A stretch of DNA of 64,000 nt from an uncultured Nitrososphaerota archaeon (GCA_964634735.1 CAZWMA010000002.1:5652-69651), one strand, 5' to 3'. Shown: positions 10,100-20,151, counted from the stretch's first letter. A program made the numbers and translations. Notes: a model not told the origin generated them from the sequence alone.

Positions 10100-11092
10100 A
10101 TGGCAACCTCAACAGTAAAGTCGGACGATAAAGCCATTGTTGCGGAGCACCTCAGGAAGGAATTCACCGTAAGCAAGGGGACCATCCATAGGACGAAGAC
10201 TCAGGTGGTCGCTGTGAAGGATGTCTCATTCGAGATAGACCGTGGTGAAATCTTCGGCCTGCTGGGGCCCAATGGTGCCGGAAAGACGACGACAATCAAG
10301 ATGCTTACGACCATGCTGATACCAACCTCCGGCAGGGCGCAGATCCTCGGGTTGGACCTCGAGAAAGACGTCACGAAGATCCGGGAGAGGGTAGGCATAG
10401 TCCTTGGCGGAGAGAGGGGGCTATACACGAGGGTAAGCGCCATAGACAACCTGAACTACTTTGCAGACCTCTATGGGGTGCGGCAAGACGTCAAAGAGAA
10501 GAGGGTGAAAGAGCTTCTCCAGTTCTGGGGGCTCTGGGATAGGGCGAAGGATAGGGTGGAGACCTATTCGAAGGGAATGAAGCAGAGGCTCCATCTTGCA
10601 AGAGGGTTGATCAATGATCCCGAACTCCTATTCATGGATGAGCCAACAATTGGCCTCGACCCTGAGATTGCCAGAGACATGAGGAACCTGATCAAGGAAC
10701 TCTCGGAGGGGGGAAAAACGATACTGCTCTCGACGCATTACATGTTTGAGGCAGATGAGCTGTGCAGGAGGGTTGCTGTAATCAGGAATGGCGAGATCGT
10801 GGCGCTGGATTCGCCGGCAGGTTTGAAGAAGTATGTGGCTGACGCCAGCGTTGTCGAGGTCGAAGGCTTTGGGATAACCGAGGCGGAGGTAAACAGGTTC
10901 AAGGCGCTTCCAGAGGTTCTTGCGGTAAGCGCCAATTTTGGTGAGAACAAGCAGGTCCTGAAGATACAGACCCCGAAGGGGTCAGAGCTAATCTCCTCCA
11001 TACAAGACATACTCAAGGCATGCAAGATCTACGACATAAAGATCAAGGAGCCGACGCTTGAGGATGCTTATCTGAGGCTCATCGAGAGCTAG
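10100..11092 (+). CDS. ABC transporter ATP-binding protein
   Basis: Walker A GPNGAGKTT, ABC signature and Walker B (LLFMDEPT), with a C-terminal extension. Confidence 0.85.
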   Translation: MATSTVKSDDKAIVAEHLRKEFTVSKGTIHRTKTQVVAVKDVSFEIDRGEIFGLLGPNGAGKTTTIKMLTTMLIPTSGRAQILGLDLEKDVTKIRERVGIVLGGERGLYTRVSAIDNLNYFADLYGVRQDVKEKRVKELLQFWGLWDRAKDRVETYSKGMKQRLHLARGLINDPELLFMDEPTIGLDPEIARDMRNLIKELSEGGKTILLSTHYMFEADELCRRVAVIRNGEIVALDSPAGLKKYVADASVVEVEGFGITEAEVNRFKALPEVLAVSANFGENKQVLKIQTPKGSELISSIQDILKACKIYDIKIKEPTLEDAYLRLIES

Positions 11093-11115
11093 AAGAGGTA
11101 AAGCGCAGAGCAGGG

Positions 11116-11937
11116 ATGAATGCCATGCCCCAAGGAACAAGAGTTGTCTTCAGCGCATTCAAGATGGCTATGCTCCATTGGGTCGCTGACCCGCAGTGGG
11201 TCATACCAAACATCATCGCGCCATTCGTCTTCACTATAGTAGCCCTTACGATGTTCGGGAGCGCCTCCGGGGCATTCGGGCTCTATGCAGTTTTAGGAGG
11301 TGGGATGATGGGGGTCTGGGGGAATACCCTCTACTCATCAGGGTTTGCTATAGAGTTCGAGAAGTGGCAGGGGACCCTAGAGGAGGTGCTGGCGGCGCCG
11401 TCCAAGCTCATGCACGTGATAGCGGGCAGGTCCCTGTCGAATGCGGTCTTCGGGCTCACAAACATGGTCGGAATCATCGCTATCGCGACGCTCCTCTTCG
11501 GGGTGCCGCTGGGCGTCTCCAATCCCATAATCTTTGCAGTGGCGCTAGTGCTGACAGTATCCTCAGTCGCTTGCCTTGGGCTCATATTCGCATCTGCGTT
11601 TGTGCTCTCCCGGTCGACGCAGATCATGACCAACGGCCTTGAGAACCCGCTCTACATAATTTCAGGGTCCATGTTCCCCATAGGGCTACTGCCTTTCTGG
11701 ACGCACCCCGCCTCCTATGCCCTCGGGCCCACATGGGGCATAGATGCGATAAGGTTGGCCGCGAGCGCGGATTACGCGACCGACACGTTCTGGGTAGGGA
11801 TGGACGTTGGGACGGCTATAGCGCTTGACATAGGCATAATGCTAGCCATATCGACGGCATACCTGCTGATAGCAACGGTGTTATTCAAGGCAGTTGAGAA
11901 GAAGGCAAGGACCAGCGGTTCGTTGGTGGAAGCATGA
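11116..11937 (+). CDS. ABC-2 type transporter permease
   Basis: Polytopic membrane protein immediately downstream of the ABC ATPase and overlapping the next permease by 4 nt. Confidence 0.7.
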   Translation: MNAMPQGTRVVFSAFKMAMLHWVADPQWVIPNIIAPFVFTIVALTMFGSASGAFGLYAVLGGGMMGVWGNTLYSSGFAIEFEKWQGTLEEVLAAPSKLMHVIAGRSLSNAVFGLTNMVGIIAIATLLFGVPLGVSNPIIFAVALVLTVSSVACLGLIFASAFVLSRSTQIMTNGLENPLYIISGSMFPIGLLPFWTHPASYALGPTWGIDAIRLAASADYATDTFWVGMDVGTAIALDIGIMLAISTAYLLIATVLFKAVEKKARTSGSLVEA

Positions 11938-12722
11938 ACTGGGCTAGGATCTTCCTCAGTAGCGCGATCTTCTCGTTTAAGGCGCAGTTCAACTGGCTAA
12001 ACCCGGCGATGTGGCTCACCATGAAGTTCGTGATTTCAATATCCCAGATGGCGTTCTTTGTCTTTTTGGGGCTTTACATAAGGGGGCCGAGCGTCATCCC
12101 GTATATTGCCATTGGAAACGCCGTACAGGCGGTCGCCTGGAACACGGTATTCTCCGTAATCACCATAACAGGAAGCGACAAGTGGCAGGGTACGCTCCCG
12201 CTTATGCTTGCGACCCCCGCGCCAAGACTGCCAATCTTTGTGGGGAGGGCGATGATGCACGTGCTTGACGGGATGCTGAGCGTTGCCATATCGTTCTTCT
12301 TTGCAGTGTTCCTCTTCGGCGTTGACTTCGGCCAAGTGAACGCGCTGGCGTTGGTGATCTCGATCCTCATGACTTCTATTACGATGGCGGGGTTCGGGCT
12401 TCTCGTAGGGGGTCTCGCGTTCTACTTCAGGGACCCAATGGTCTTCGCCAACATATTCACATACATTCTTCTCATATTCTGCGGCGTGAACTTTCCTGTT
12501 TCTTCGCTGCCGTCCTGGAGCCAGCCGATCGCCTACATCTTCCCGCTCACGTACGGCCTGGATGCGGCGAGGGCGTCGATAGCGGGCAGCGGACTGATGG
12601 AGATCGCGGGCACACTGGGGAACCAGCTAGTGCTTGGGATCATTTCCATTGGCATTGGATATTTGTTCTTCAGGTCGTTCGAAAAAACCGCGAGGAAGAC
12701 CGGAAGGCTCGAGGCGCAGTGA
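11934..12722 (+). CDS. ABC-2 type transporter permease
   Basis: Second polytopic membrane subunit, translationally coupled to the first. Confidence 0.7.
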   Translation: MNWARIFLSSAIFSFKAQFNWLNPAMWLTMKFVISISQMAFFVFLGLYIRGPSVIPYIAIGNAVQAVAWNTVFSVITITGSDKWQGTLPLMLATPAPRLPIFVGRAMMHVLDGMLSVAISFFFAVFLFGVDFGQVNALALVISILMTSITMAGFGLLVGGLAFYFRDPMVFANIFTYILLIFCGVNFPVSSLPSWSQPIAYIFPLTYGLDAARASIAGSGLMEIAGTLGNQLVLGIISIGIGYLFFRSFEKTARKTGRLEAQ

Positions 12723-12808
12723 TTGCGCCCAAGCAAGGATGGTTCGGACACCAGCGGACATGGCTTGCCAGCCAACCTCTAAATATGGAGAAGACCAACT
12801 GAGAAGCG

Positions 12809-13222
12809 GTGATTTTTTTGTACAGGGAAGAGCCCTACGCGGACATGAGGGAATTGATGAGGAATGACAATGTAGCCGAGCATTACGGGATTGAGCTTGT
12901 GGAGTTTAAGACGGGAAGCTGCAAGGCCCGGATGACTGTAAGGAAGGACATGCTGAATGCATATGGCGCCACTCATGGTGCTGTAATTTCTGCGCTTGCA
13001 GATGTGGCGTTCGCGATAGCGTGCAACTCTGGGGGCGTGAAGTCGGTCGGGCTCTCCATGAGCGTTAACTACCGGCGGCCTACCCGTGAAGGCGATGTAC
13101 TGATGGCAGAGGGAATCGAGGTGAGCTCTGGAAAGACGACATCGTTGTGCAGGGTAAGGATTACGAACGCTGAGGGAAAGATTGTAGCTGTAGCCGATGG
13201 ATTGGCGTTCAGGCAAGGGTAA
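12809..13222 (+). CDS. PaaI-family (hotdog fold) thioesterase
   Basis: About 137 aa with a thioesterase-like core (YGATHGAVISALAD). Confidence 0.7.
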   Translation: MIFLYREEPYADMRELMRNDNVAEHYGIELVEFKTGSCKARMTVRKDMLNAYGATHGAVISALADVAFAIACNSGGVKSVGLSMSVNYRRPTREGDVLMAEGIEVSSGKTTSLCRVRITNAEGKIVAVADGLAFRQG

Positions 13223-13261
13223 AGCTGAAGGAGCCGGTAGGAGCCGAACCTTAAGAAGAAA

Positions 13262-13349
13262 GGCGCCCGGGGTGGGATTCGAACCCACGAGTCTGTTGCC
13301 AGACAATGGCTTAGCAAGCCATCGCCCTACCAGGCTAGGCAACCCGGGC
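13262..13349 (-). tRNA. tRNA-Ser(GCT), long variable arm, no intron
   Basis: Acceptor GCCCGGG/CCCGGGC, anticodon loop TTGCTAA, 15-nt variable arm, T-arm GTGGG-TTCGAAT-CCCAC. Confidence 0.8.
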
Positions 13350-13445
13350 TCGCTCTAGCAAAGAGTGATTGGAGTTGGTTTATTATATATTTTGGCTTGA
13401 GGCGGCAGCTGCCTTTTTGCGCAAAAACCCGCACATAGATGAAAT

Positions 13446-13765
13446 GGTGCGACAGCGCCCCAGAAGTGAACGGCCCATACCATTGCCCTTTGGGAGAGCA
13501 GGCATCCATCCCGTTATCCTGCGAACGGCACTGTCCAGACTTAGGGCTGCTTCCTTCCGGATCTAACCCGGTTCGCCTGGCGCGCGGAAAGACCATCCCT
13601 CCGGATAGGCTTTTACCGCTCCAACGCCCCCACAGGGCGAGACTTCCACGCCTGCAACCCTAGGAACAATAGCTGGTTCCATCGCCTCCCGGAGTTACTG
13701 GCCCTACCTTGACGACCGTTTGTAGTGGAGAGGAGGCCGAACCCTCCGGCCCTACCTGCCGCACC
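13446..13765 (-). ncRNA. signal recognition particle RNA (7S / SRP RNA)
   Basis: The reverse complement contains the helix-8 motif CCGGAAGGAAGCAGCC, almost identical to E. coli 4.5S GGUCCGGAAGGAAGCAGCC. The 5' GGTGCGGCAG and 3' CTGTCGCACC form a terminal helix. It sits next to tRNA-Ser, as in many archaea. Confidence 0.7.
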
Positions 13766-13772
13766 GTTAAAA

Positions 13773-14744
13773 TCATTCGGCGAGGTGGTTTATAAAAGTA
13801 TTAGAGCCAAGACCGAGCATGTCGAGGATCTCGCACATCCGGCAAACGTCCCTGCTGGAAGGCGATCCGCATCGGCTGCATTTGCCCACGGTGGATGCCT
13901 CGATGGTCGGTTTGAGCAAATCCATGAGCTTGTCGGAGCCGTTCACGATTGCGTGCTTGGTTCCGGGGTGGCGCTCCTCGATTCCGTTGAGGATGTCCCT
14001 CACCTCGTCCCTGAGCGAGTCCCTCACGTATGGGCACTCCCGCTCGTAGAGTGGGTAACCCTTCGTGTAAACGTACGTGGCGATCTCCTTCTCCGGCAGG
14101 TAGCGGAGCGGCTTGACTCGCGGGACGAAGCCCTCCCTGACCTTCACGGGCTGGACGCCCGACCTGCCGAGCCGCGCAACGTCGCCGCGGAGTATGTTGA
14201 TGAAGAAGGTTTGCGCCTCATCGTCGAGGTTGTGCCCGGTCGCTACTTTCGTGGCGCCGAGCCTTATCGCCACATCGTTGAGCAGCCGCCTGCGCATTAT
14301 GCCGCAGAACGTGCACCCGAGCAGGCCCGTCCCCTTCTCCTTGGCAAGGGCATAGACCTCTTCTAGGCTGTGCCCGTACTCCTCCTTGAAGGAAACGACG
14401 TGGTGCTCCATGCCCAGAGCCTCCGTCACCTCCTTCGTTATCGCAATCCCTTCTTCGCGGTAACCGCTGACGCCCTCGTCTATGGTGAGCGCGAAGAGTT
14501 TTGTCTTGTAGGGCTTCTCAAGCTTGGAGAGGATGTGGGCTAGGGCCACGCTATCCTTGCCACCTGAGAGGGCGATCATGACCCGGTCGTCGAAGGTAAA
14601 GAGCTTCTCGTGCTTTATGGTCCTCTGGACCGAACGCTCGATGCTGCGGGCGAAGCACCTCCTGCAGAGAGACTCGCCGGACTGCCTCCTGAAGTAGAAC
14701 GCATCATTTCCGCACTTGCATTGGATTGCAGGCAATCGTCTCAC
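13773..14744 (-). CDS. tRNA thiolation protein (TtcA/NcsA/Ctu1 PP-loop ATPase family)
   Basis: PP-loop SGGKDS, N- and C-terminal CxxC zinc-finger pairs, GHNLDDEAQT motif. Confidence 0.75.
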   Translation of the reverse strand: MRRLPAIQCKCGNDAFYFRRQSGESLCRRCFARSIERSVQRTIKHEKLFTFDDRVMIALSGGKDSVALAHILSKLEKPYKTKLFALTIDEGVSGYREEGIAITKEVTEALGMEHHVVSFKEEYGHSLEEVYALAKEKGTGLLGCTFCGIMRRRLLNDVAIRLGATKVATGHNLDDEAQTFFINILRGDVARLGRSGVQPVKVREGFVPRVKPLRYLPEKEIATYVYTKGYPLYERECPYVRDSLRDEVRDILNGIEERHPGTKHAIVNGSDKLMDLLKPTIEASTVGKCSRCGSPSSRDVCRMCEILDMLGLGSNTFINHLAE

Positions 14745-14777
14745 CCTTTGGTTGCCCTCTTCGCGGCTGTTGCTCGA

Positions 14778-15986
14778 TCAGCCAAGCGTGTAGCCGGGGA
14801 AGAGTATGAAGCTCATGGCTATGTTGAGGACCAGCAGCGCCACGCAGCTCCACCTGATCAGGTTTGCGTAAGGTAGAGCTTTCTTCTCGCTCTTGAACAG
14901 GAAGCTCAGCATTATCGTCACGAGCTTGTCCCCGTCAAAGAACGCAACCGGCATCATGTTAATCATGCCGATGTTGAGCGAGAATAGGTATATCCAGGAT
15001 AGGGATCCCAGCAGGTAGAACGGAAGGTTGACCGGAGCCCAACCGAAACGCGGGGCGTAGTAGTCGTAGGTGTTGATGCCGATGTATGATATGTTCCTTG
15101 ACGAAAGCCCGGTCGTGAAGTTAATCGTCGTTTCCTGACCGCCCCTTATGATAGTCATGGGCACGGTGCCGTACGGCGTAGTTGCGTTCAGGACTGGCGA
15201 CAAGGTTGCTGCGCTTGAAACGCTCGTCCCGTTTATGCTCGTGATTACGTCCCATGCTTGGAGTATGCCGTCGGCAGGTGTTCCTGCTGCAACTTCGGTA
15301 ACCATCACTCCGGAAGGCGTCGCAGAGTAGAGTGGGGAAATGACAGCGGCGGAGTTTGCCAACAGGAGCAGTGCTAGGAGGCCGACCAGTATGTTGGTGG
15401 TCGAACCTGCGGCGTAAACCCTTGCCTGGGTCGACTTGCGGGCCTTCTTAAGGTCCTCCTCGTCCGGCTCGACGAAAGCGCCGGGGATGAGTATCATGAA
15501 CAGAAGACCTGTGCTCTTTACCTTGACACCCTCAGCCCGTGCTGCAACGCCGTGGGCGAGCTCGTGGGTTATCAGGATGACTGCAATCGCGATGCCGAAG
15601 AATAATATCGTGTTGAAGTTGAGGGAGAGCGTTATCCCAGGTATTATCAAGGAGACGGGGGACGCGGACTCGGTGTTGAAGAAGATGAAGTAGAGGTTCT
15701 TGCTCAGTATGTACGTTATGTAAACCATCGCGCCGAGCCCCAAGGCAATCCCGAAGGTCCATAGGACCTTCCAGAACTTGCTCAGCTTGATGCCTAGCTT
15801 GTCGATGAAGTTGTTGAATTGGGTGGTCTTCCACATTATGAGGAACGGCTGGACCTCGAAGCTCTTTGGCATGAACTGTTTTGCGATGTAAATGGCGGAC
15901 CAAAACGCAAGTAGCCCGACTCCGAGATAAATCAGCGGATCCATGTGAAACACCAGATAGAACCAGTTAGATAATTTATATCGCAA
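14778..15986 (-). CDS. site-2 protease (M50 family metalloprotease) with a PDZ-like region
   Basis: HELAHG (HExxH) embedded in TM helices and a multi-TM topology. Confidence 0.7.
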   Translation of the reverse strand: MRYKLSNWFYLVFHMDPLIYLGVGLLAFWSAIYIAKQFMPKSFEVQPFLIMWKTTQFNNFIDKLGIKLSKFWKVLWTFGIALGLGAMVYITYILSKNLYFIFFNTESASPVSLIIPGITLSLNFNTILFFGIAIAVILITHELAHGVAARAEGVKVKSTGLLFMILIPGAFVEPDEEDLKKARKSTQARVYAAGSTTNILVGLLALLLLANSAAVISPLYSATPSGVMVTEVAAGTPADGILQAWDVITSINGTSVSSAATLSPVLNATTPYGTVPMTIIRGGQETTINFTTGLSSRNISYIGINTYDYYAPRFGWAPVNLPFYLLGSLSWIYLFSLNIGMINMMPVAFFDGDKLVTIMLSFLFKSEKKALPYANLIRWSCVALLVLNIAMSFILFPGYTLG

Positions 15987-16017
15987 TCAAGACTAATGTT
16001 CATTCAGTGTAAGTCCG

Positions 16018-16341
16018 ATGTACATCGTCATTCTTATAACTGTCGGAATGAGGCACGAGGGGCTAAAGATAGCAAGGGCGCTCGTGGAGGATGGTCTGGC
16101 AGCATGCGTCAATATGGTCGGCGGGGTCGATTCAGTCTACAGGTGGAAGGGGAAGGTCGAAGAGGGGAGGGAGTGGCTCCTGATAGCTAAAACGACCATG
16201 GACCTCCTCGATAGGGTAACTGCAAGGGTGAAGGAGCTGCACAGCTACCAAGTTCCGGAAGTTGTGGCGATCAGGGTCGAGGGTGGAAACAAGGAGTATC
16301 TCGATTGGGTCGGCGAGAGTGTTTCCGGGAAGGCTGATTGA
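16018..16341 (+). CDS. cutA: divalent-cation tolerance protein CutA
   Basis: About 105 aa with a CutA1-like sequence (ACVNMVGGVDSVYRWKGK...). Confidence 0.7.
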   Translation: MYIVILITVGMRHEGLKIARALVEDGLAACVNMVGGVDSVYRWKGKVEEGREWLLIAKTTMDLLDRVTARVKELHSYQVPEVVAIRVEGGNKEYLDWVGESVSGKAD

Positions 16342-17069
16342 TTATGGCAAAGAAGGTGGCCCCCTCTTACGAGATGAGGGAGGTCAGGTATACTGCAAGG
16401 CGCTGGGCCTGGCTTTGGGAGCTGCGGGAAATGGGTATGCGCGTGATGGAAGCGCTGGAGCAGAGGAGCCTTGATATCATCGTGCACGGGAGCGCGGCGA
16501 GGGGGGACGTCAGTCCGGGGAGTGATGTCGACCTTTTAATCCCCGAGGTAACGCCATCGATGGCTGTTGAGGGTTCGCTTGCCGCATCCGGGATACCATT
16601 CGCGAAGAGGGAGATCGCGCAGGCGACCCCGGCGCATGCGGTAAAAGCCATAATCCACATTGACGAGAAGGTGAAGCTGACATTCCCGCTAGTGCCACTC
16701 AGGGGAAGGGAGAGGGATTTCTACCGGTTCGGGGGGGAGATTGGGATTGCCGGGATGAGGGGGAGGGCTCGCGTCGCTGGTGTCGACAAGAGGCTTATGC
16801 TCATCGTCCCGACGGACTTTGGCCATTGCGAGGCGTCCGCTGTTGGCAATGAGCAAGAGGTTGCGCGGACGGTCGGGGTAGGCGTCGAGACCGTGGAGGA
16901 GAGGGTCAGGGTGCTTACGAGGAGGGACAGCGTGGGGAGGACCGGCGTCTACTTCAAGGAGGAGGTTTCCGAGGACGAGACGTTCGAGGGCAGGCTTGCG
17001 GAGAGGGCGGCGGAGGACCCAAGCCTCAGGAGGCTGCTCCAGCGGAGGGGTGGCGGGCTTAAATATTGA
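16338..17069 (+). CDS. nucleotidyltransferase-domain protein (minimal NTase fold)
   Basis: HGSAARGDVSPGSDVDLLI, i.e. the GS...DxD nucleotidyltransferase signature; start overlaps the cutA stop (ATGA). Confidence 0.6.
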   Translation: MIMAKKVAPSYEMREVRYTARRWAWLWELREMGMRVMEALEQRSLDIIVHGSAARGDVSPGSDVDLLIPEVTPSMAVEGSLAASGIPFAKREIAQATPAHAVKAIIHIDEKVKLTFPLVPLRGRERDFYRFGGEIGIAGMRGRARVAGVDKRLMLIVPTDFGHCEASAVGNEQEVARTVGVGVETVEERVRVLTRRDSVGRTGVYFKEEVSEDETFEGRLAERAAEDPSLRRLLQRRGGGLKY

Positions 17070-17440
17070 GCCTGAGCTTCGGGGCAGGCGGCGTGTCAGT
17101 CTATTCTGGGCGTATTCCGTGGACCGTGTTACTTCTGGTAATTGCGCTTTGCGTCTTTTCGGGTGCAGCTGCGCCCGTGAGTGCTGATACGGAGACGGGT
17201 GAGGATGTTGAGGACAAGTTCAGGTCCACAGTTGAGGGGTGGGTCGCTCTTATTGAATCCAATGTCATCTGGCTCTCCGAGGCTATGACAGGGCTCGTGA
17301 GGGGCGTCATCAAGGCGATTTATTTCATAATAGGGATGGCGGGCTTCCTCATGTGGTCGTCGGGCATCTCGAAATACTCTGGAAAGAAGCTCGTTGTCGG
17401 GGCAATCGCTATGGCTTTCGTCTCTGAGATCCTCCTCTGA
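17066..17440 (+). CDS. small membrane or secreted protein, hypothetical
   Basis: N-terminal signal/TM segment plus a C-terminal TM; overlaps the upstream stop by 4 nt. Confidence 0.35.
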   Translation: MSLSFGAGGVSVYSGRIPWTVLLLVIALCVFSGAAAPVSADTETGEDVEDKFRSTVEGWVALIESNVIWLSEAMTGLVRGVIKAIYFIIGMAGFLMWSSGISKYSGKKLVVGAIAMAFVSEILL

Positions 17441-17483
17441 GGTGCCGAAGGGGTTTATTAGAAGACCAACGATAGTCTCCACC

Positions 17484-18518
17484 ATGGCAGGCGGGATGCC
17501 AAGGGGATGCGAGGCGTGCCTCAGGGGAGGGAAACTCGTGCTGTTCGTTACTGGAGAGTGCGAAAGTTCATGCTACTACTGCCCCCTAGGCGAAAAGAGG
17601 CGCGGCCTTAACGTCGTTTATGCCGACGAAGTGGCAGTCGAGGGCGACCTTGACGTGATTCTTGAGGGCAGGGCTATAGACGCTGAGGGGACAGGCATAA
17701 CCGGCGGGGACCCGCTCATCCGGCTTTCGAGGACGCTCAAGTACATCAAGCTTTTGAAAGGGTTCTTCGGGCAAGGGCACCACATACACCTCTATACCAA
17801 CGGCAAGCTGGCGAGCAAGGAGGCGTTGCTCAAGCTCAAGTCTGCAGGTCTTGACGAGATAAGGTTCCACCCTGCAAGGAAGGACTGGGGGAGGGTGGCT
17901 GAGGCAAAGGCGCTGGGGATGTATGCGGGGGCGGAGGTGCCGGCGATCCCTTGCGAGGCAGGGAAGGTAGAGGAGTTCATCAGGTACTTGGCTTCAGTCA
18001 AGGCGGACTTCATAAACCTCAACCAACTTGAGTTCTGCCCCCAGAACGCATTCCAGATGCGCCAGAGGGGTTTCCGGGTCGTGGGAGGGGCGATGGCTGC
18101 GGCGGAAGGGAGCGAGGAGACGGCGATGGAGATCATCAGGTGGTCGGAGTCTGAAGGCATCGAATTCCCAGTCCATTACTGCCCCAGCTCGGTCAAGGAC
18201 GCAGTGCAGACCAAAAATAGGCTCGTCAGGAGGGCTGCAAACGCGGCAAGGCCATGGGAGGAGCTGCTGGGCGATGGGCTTGTGGGCAAGTTCGTGGTGT
18301 CGGTACCGGGGGCATCTGGGAGGTCGGCCAGGTGCAGGCTCGCCAAGGCTATCGGGGCGGATCCGCTGAGCATCGGTGTTGCTGACGACAGAAGGTCTGT
18401 AGAGGTCCCAAGGCGCCTTGTGGAGGCTGCAAAAAAAGCATTTCCGGGGGCAGAGGTGTCTTACGTCCAAGCTTACCCGACTGCGGCAAGGGACAAATTC
18501 GCAGAGTTCCCTTGCTGA
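17484..18518 (+). CDS. radical SAM protein (pyruvate formate-lyase activating enzyme-like, COG2108-type)
   Basis: CESSCYYC CxxxCxxC cluster motif and a GGDPL glycine-rich SAM motif; start taken at the internal ATG (MAGGM). Confidence 0.7.
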   Translation: MAGGMPRGCEACLRGGKLVLFVTGECESSCYYCPLGEKRRGLNVVYADEVAVEGDLDVILEGRAIDAEGTGITGGDPLIRLSRTLKYIKLLKGFFGQGHHIHLYTNGKLASKEALLKLKSAGLDEIRFHPARKDWGRVAEAKALGMYAGAEVPAIPCEAGKVEEFIRYLASVKADFINLNQLEFCPQNAFQMRQRGFRVVGGAMAAAEGSEETAMEIIRWSESEGIEFPVHYCPSSVKDAVQTKNRLVRRAANAARPWEELLGDGLVGKFVVSVPGASGRSARCRLAKAIGADPLSIGVADDRRSVEVPRRLVEAAKKAFPGAEVSYVQAYPTAARDKFAEFPC

Positions 18519-18536
18519 CGGGTTCGCAGCACGCAC

Positions 18537-19622
18537 TCATCCTTGAGAGACGGCGAACCTCAGCAGCGCGGCTATGCCGCCCATGTTTGCGAGTTGCTTG
18601 CCTTTCTCGTGCTCCCCACCGATGAAGAAGACCTTGCCGCCGTAGCGCTCCACCTTTCGGGACAGCGCTTCGATGCCCTTGCGATCCTGCGGCGTTATTG
18701 ACTTGAACAATTTCTCCGAGACCAGCAGTGACTCGACTGCGCCCTTGTCAATCGTCTTCTCGACGTCAGCGAGACCGTAGCTCACCATGTTTGGCGACTT
18801 TGACAGCCTTGATAGAAACTCGTCGATTAGCCTCGAATCCCGGAGCATCGTAGAGTCCTCCAGGAGCTTTGAGAGGGCTCCCCTTGCAATGACCTCGCGG
18901 ACGCCCGGCTCACCGATGCTCGATGTGTTCTCCTCTACGACCTTTGCGCTCTTCAGCTTCTCGCGGATTGCCTTCGCTAAGTCGTTCTTTGTGAAGCCGG
19001 GACCAGCCGCGACTATGGCAGCAGGCTCCCTCTGGAGCATCCGGGAGACTTCTTCAATTATGGAATTGAAGTACTTCGATTTGAGTGCCGGCCTGTCAGA
19101 CGTTTCGACGTACTTGCCGGGTATGTGCGAGCTTATGGTCAGTATCTCATCCATCTGGTAGTCGCGGAGCAGGAAGATTGTAGCATCCTGATCGTCGAGG
19201 GTTATCGCGATTACCTTAGGGCGAGACTTTGATGATGCCCTCTGGAGGCGCTCCTCGTGGAACGAGAGCCACTCCTCCTTTGTTATCCTGATGCGGTCCC
19301 TTATTCCAACGGCGAATGAGTGGAAAGTGCCCTGTATATTCATGTCGTCGGGGCCAACGGTCACGCGCCCCTTGATCCTCAGCCTCTCAGTGAACGTCTG
19401 GAAGCCCATGTCCTCCACTGATATGCAAAGGAAGACACGCCGCCTCCCTCCGCGCTCCTCTTCGCCCCCGTGGGAGACCTTCACCTCGCGCATCGTGTAT
19501 CCGCAGACCGAATCCCCGGCGTCGATTATGTTGTAGAGGTGCCATAGGTCATCAGAGTCCTCCACTTCTACCTCGACTGTGCCGTGCTTGCGGTCGGTCT
19601 CGATAATTCGCATCGGGCGCAC
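18537..19622 (-). CDS. pelA: Pelota / Dom34 (aRF1-related mRNA surveillance protein)
   Basis: Length and sequence (PGFTKNDLAKAI...GGIAALLRF) typical of archaeal Pelota. Confidence 0.85.
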   Translation of the reverse strand: MRPMRIIETDRKHGTVEVEVEDSDDLWHLYNIIDAGDSVCGYTMREVKVSHGGEEERGGRRRVFLCISVEDMGFQTFTERLRIKGRVTVGPDDMNIQGTFHSFAVGIRDRIRITKEEWLSFHEERLQRASSKSRPKVIAITLDDQDATIFLLRDYQMDEILTISSHIPGKYVETSDRPALKSKYFNSIIEEVSRMLQREPAAIVAAGPGFTKNDLAKAIREKLKSAKVVEENTSSIGEPGVREVIARGALSKLLEDSTMLRDSRLIDEFLSRLSKSPNMVSYGLADVEKTIDKGAVESLLVSEKLFKSITPQDRKGIEALSRKVERYGGKVFFIGGEHEKGKQLANMGGIAALLRFAVSQG

Positions 19623-19674
19623 CTACAGGAGTAATTTTATGTCCGGCTTCAATAGATATCTATTGTGCATTAAG

Positions 19675-20151
19675 ATGGCAGGGCAGGGTCCGCCGGCGGG
19701 GATTACTATCAGGGATGCAAACCTGGCAGATATGGACAGGATAGTGGAGATTGAGGATGGCTCATTCACGGACCCTTACCCGAGGGGGCTGCTGAAAGCG
19801 TTCCTGTACATGCCCGGAGCTTATCTTGTGGCGGTGGAGGGGGGCAGGGTGGTGGGTTACACGATAGGCATAATCAGGCACAAGACGATAGGCCACCTTG
19901 TCTCGGTTGCAGTCAGCAGAGAATCTAGGAAGAAAGGCATCGGCGAGGCGCTCATAACCCATACTCTGAGGAGGCTCGGGGAGGCAGGCGCTGAGAGCTT
20001 TATGCTTGAGGTAAGGGAGTCTAATGATCCGGCGAAGAGGCTGTACAGCAAGATGGGATTCGTCGAGGTAGGAAAAATGAAGAAATACTATGCCGACGGC
20101 GAGTCGGCCATAGTCATGGAAATCAACGGGAACTCATGTTCTCAAACGTGA
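19675..20151 (+). CDS. GNAT N-acetyltransferase (RimI-like)
   Basis: Acetyl-CoA binding motif RKKGIGEAL; start moved to the ATG at 19675 to avoid overlap with pelA. Confidence 0.7.
   Translation: MAGQGPPAGITIRDANLADMDRIVEIEDGSFTDPYPRGLLKAFLYMPGAYLVAVEGGRVVGYTIGIIRHKTIGHLVSVAVSRESRKKGIGEALITHTLRRLGEAGAESFMLEVRESNDPAKRLYSKMGFVEVGKMKKYYADGESAIVMEINGNSCSQT

Noticed and set aside
12779-13342. 187-aa ORF on the minus strand
   Set aside because: It runs antisense through the PaaI thioesterase gene and straight across tRNA-Ser(GCT), and its composition is unlike the real genes. It is spurious.
13725-14366. 213-aa ORF on the plus strand
   Set aside because: It is antisense to the well-supported TtcA/NcsA tRNA thiolation gene.
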